Shown here: one piece after another, positions 62,979 through 64,000 of the stretch
How the letters are laid out: the number at the start of each line of letters is the position of its first letter
Position numbering within the stretch: the stretch's first letter is position 1
DNA from: Candidatus Pseudelusimicrobium marinum
GTDB taxonomy: Bacteria; Elusimicrobiota; Elusimicrobia; Elusimicrobiales; Elusimicrobiaceae
NCBI GenBank assembly: GCA_018656005.1
Contig: JABHZW010000034.1
Coordinates: 2,495 to 66,494, forward strand
Length of the DNA stretch: 64,000 nucleotides
Direction: 5' to 3'
Notes under the pieces: model-generated
Database searches by the model: none
Told to the model about the DNA's origin: nothing
The model's input: only the letters and a program-made list of their open reading frames with translations
Translations under genes and position numbers: made by a program

Positions 62979-64000
62979 ATGAAAGAAGGTTTAACAAATA
63001 GAGAAGATAACAGAAGAATAGTCGCCTTTGCAGGACCAAAAGAAGGTGTAGGTAAAACTACACTTTTATTAAATTTAGCTCTATACTGGGCAGATGTCCA
63101 AAAAAGACCTGTGTTAATAGTTCCTTTAGACCCCTTAGCCCGACAGGAACACAATTTTTACCTCAATATAAAAGAAAGAACATCAATCGCAGATTTGATG
63201 AAAATTTTAGGCACAAAAAATATAACAGCTGCTGGTAATTTACTTAAAGGTAAAATTCCAATGTCAGAATACGGTGTAGGTGTTTTAAATTTAGCAGTAA
63301 ATAGAAAAGAAATTCTTAGCTTAAGTCCAAATATTTTAGTGCCGATATTATCTAAATTATCAGAAACTTTTGACATTTTTTTAGATGTAGAAAGTAGTTT
63401 CCCAATGCAAGCATTTGCCTTTGAAGTAGCAGATTATATTTTTTGGGTAACGAACCCAATAAGAACTCACCTAAATTCAACAATAACACTTTTTAAAGAT
63501 TATAAGAGCATGCACTATTCATTAGATAAAGTTGAAGTGCTTTGTAATGGATACGATTTACCGGGTTCTATACCAGAAATAGAGATGGAAAAATTCTTTA
63601 AAAAACTTGGCAAAGATATTCTATTGTTTATGCCGTGGGAAGAAAGTGTAGTAAAAAACACTAATAGAAAAAAAATAGCGATTTTAGAAAGTCCAGAATC
63701 TGCTTTTGTAGAAGGACTAAAAGTAATTCTAAATAAAATTAAAGAAACGAAACCTATTGGTAAAAGAGATTGGATGTCTTCAGTTTCAGATGAAGAATTT
63801 ATGCAATCTGCTAGTAGTGTCTGGAGTGGTGTCGGTGGTGCTGGCAAAGTTCAAGAGGGAGGGGTTTTTGGCGAGCATGAACAAGTTCAAGAAGAAGATT
63901 CCGAACAATCTACTTTATGGGAAGACCTAAAACAAAAAGTTCATAAAGAAGTTATAAAAATTTTAGAAGTAGAAAGAATTGTGGTAAGTGAAACTGCTCA
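62979..64000 (+). CDS. TadZ/CpaE-like ParA/MinD-family ATPase, partial (ORF open at window end; possible fusion to a CpaF/TadA-like N-terminus)
   Basis: Not in the ORF track because it has no stop. I translated it by hand from ATG 62979 and found no stop through 64000. It has a deviant Walker A (AFAGPKEGVGKTTLLLNLA). After about 260 aa comes a Gly/Glu-rich linker, then LWEDLKQKVHKEVIKILEVE. Confidence 0.65.
   Translation, partial: MKEGLTNREDNRRIVAFAGPKEGVGKTTLLLNLALYWADVQKRPVLIVPLDPLARQEHNFYLNIKERTSIADLMKILGTKNITAAGNLLKGKIPMSEYGVGVLNLAVNRKEILSLSPNILVPILSKLSETFDIFLDVESSFPMQAFAFEVADYIFWVTNPIRTHLNSTITLFKDYKSMHYSLDKVEVLCNGYDLPGSIPEIEMEKFFKKLGKDILLFMPWEESVVKNTNRKKIAILESPESAFVEGLKVILNKIKETKPIGKRDWMSSVSDEEFMQSASSVWSGVGGAGKVQEGGVFGEHEQVQEEDSEQSTLWEDLKQKVHKEVIKILEVERIVVSETA

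Overview
This is an AT-rich, gene-dense chromosomal window from a diderm bacterium, shown by kdtA/waaA, a heptosyltransferase, SecDF-YajC, SecG and several C-terminal-Phe beta-barrels. All calls come from motif recognition by eye plus the ORF track; no similarity search was run. I support about 67 CDS.

Most are housekeeping:
- a minus-strand queuosine+folate operon (queA-tgt-membrane protein-queD-queE-folE-folP-folK)
- spoIID-like, waaA and a DUF374 gene
- secDF-yajC and an LtaS-type sulfatase
- thrS, pepP-like, efp
- gap-pgk-secG
- smpB-rbfA-nrnA-truB-ribF
- ftsQAZ and pilT
- cmk-plsC-rpsA
- LPS glycosyltransferases
- an M50 protease, trpS, scpAB, glgA, a PhoA-type phosphatase
- ftsX-like/M23/S41
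- tsaD

I saw no rRNA, tRNA, tmRNA or CRISPR array. The repeated FTLIELLVV pilin-like paralogues, PorV-like barrels and palindromic intergenic repeats are reminiscent of Elusimicrobiota-type genomes, but that is only an inference.

The most interesting items:
1. A dispersed hairpin repeat family (GTC-AT[stem]-CTTGW-[stem']AT-C) has compensatory stem changes and usually occurs as convergent doublets. At 34545-35012 inverted copies bracket a 94-aa GIY-YIG nuclease gene, which is a REP/RAYT-like arrangement with a different nuclease fold.
2. A nested pair of these repeats sits in frame inside the leader of a type IV pilin-like gene.
3. A 3' surface island runs from a signal-less SBP-like protein and a GAF-GGDEF cyclase, through a 1256-aa FlgD-Ig-repeat protein with a T9SS-like C-terminal domain and a PorV-like barrel, into a compact tad/flp locus. 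That locus has a miniature secretin and an extended TadZ ORF.
4. An unannotated 48-aa ORF with 10 cysteines.
5. A shared palindromic element lies about 77 nt upstream of two genes for signal-peptide proteins, one of them an ankyrin-repeat protein.
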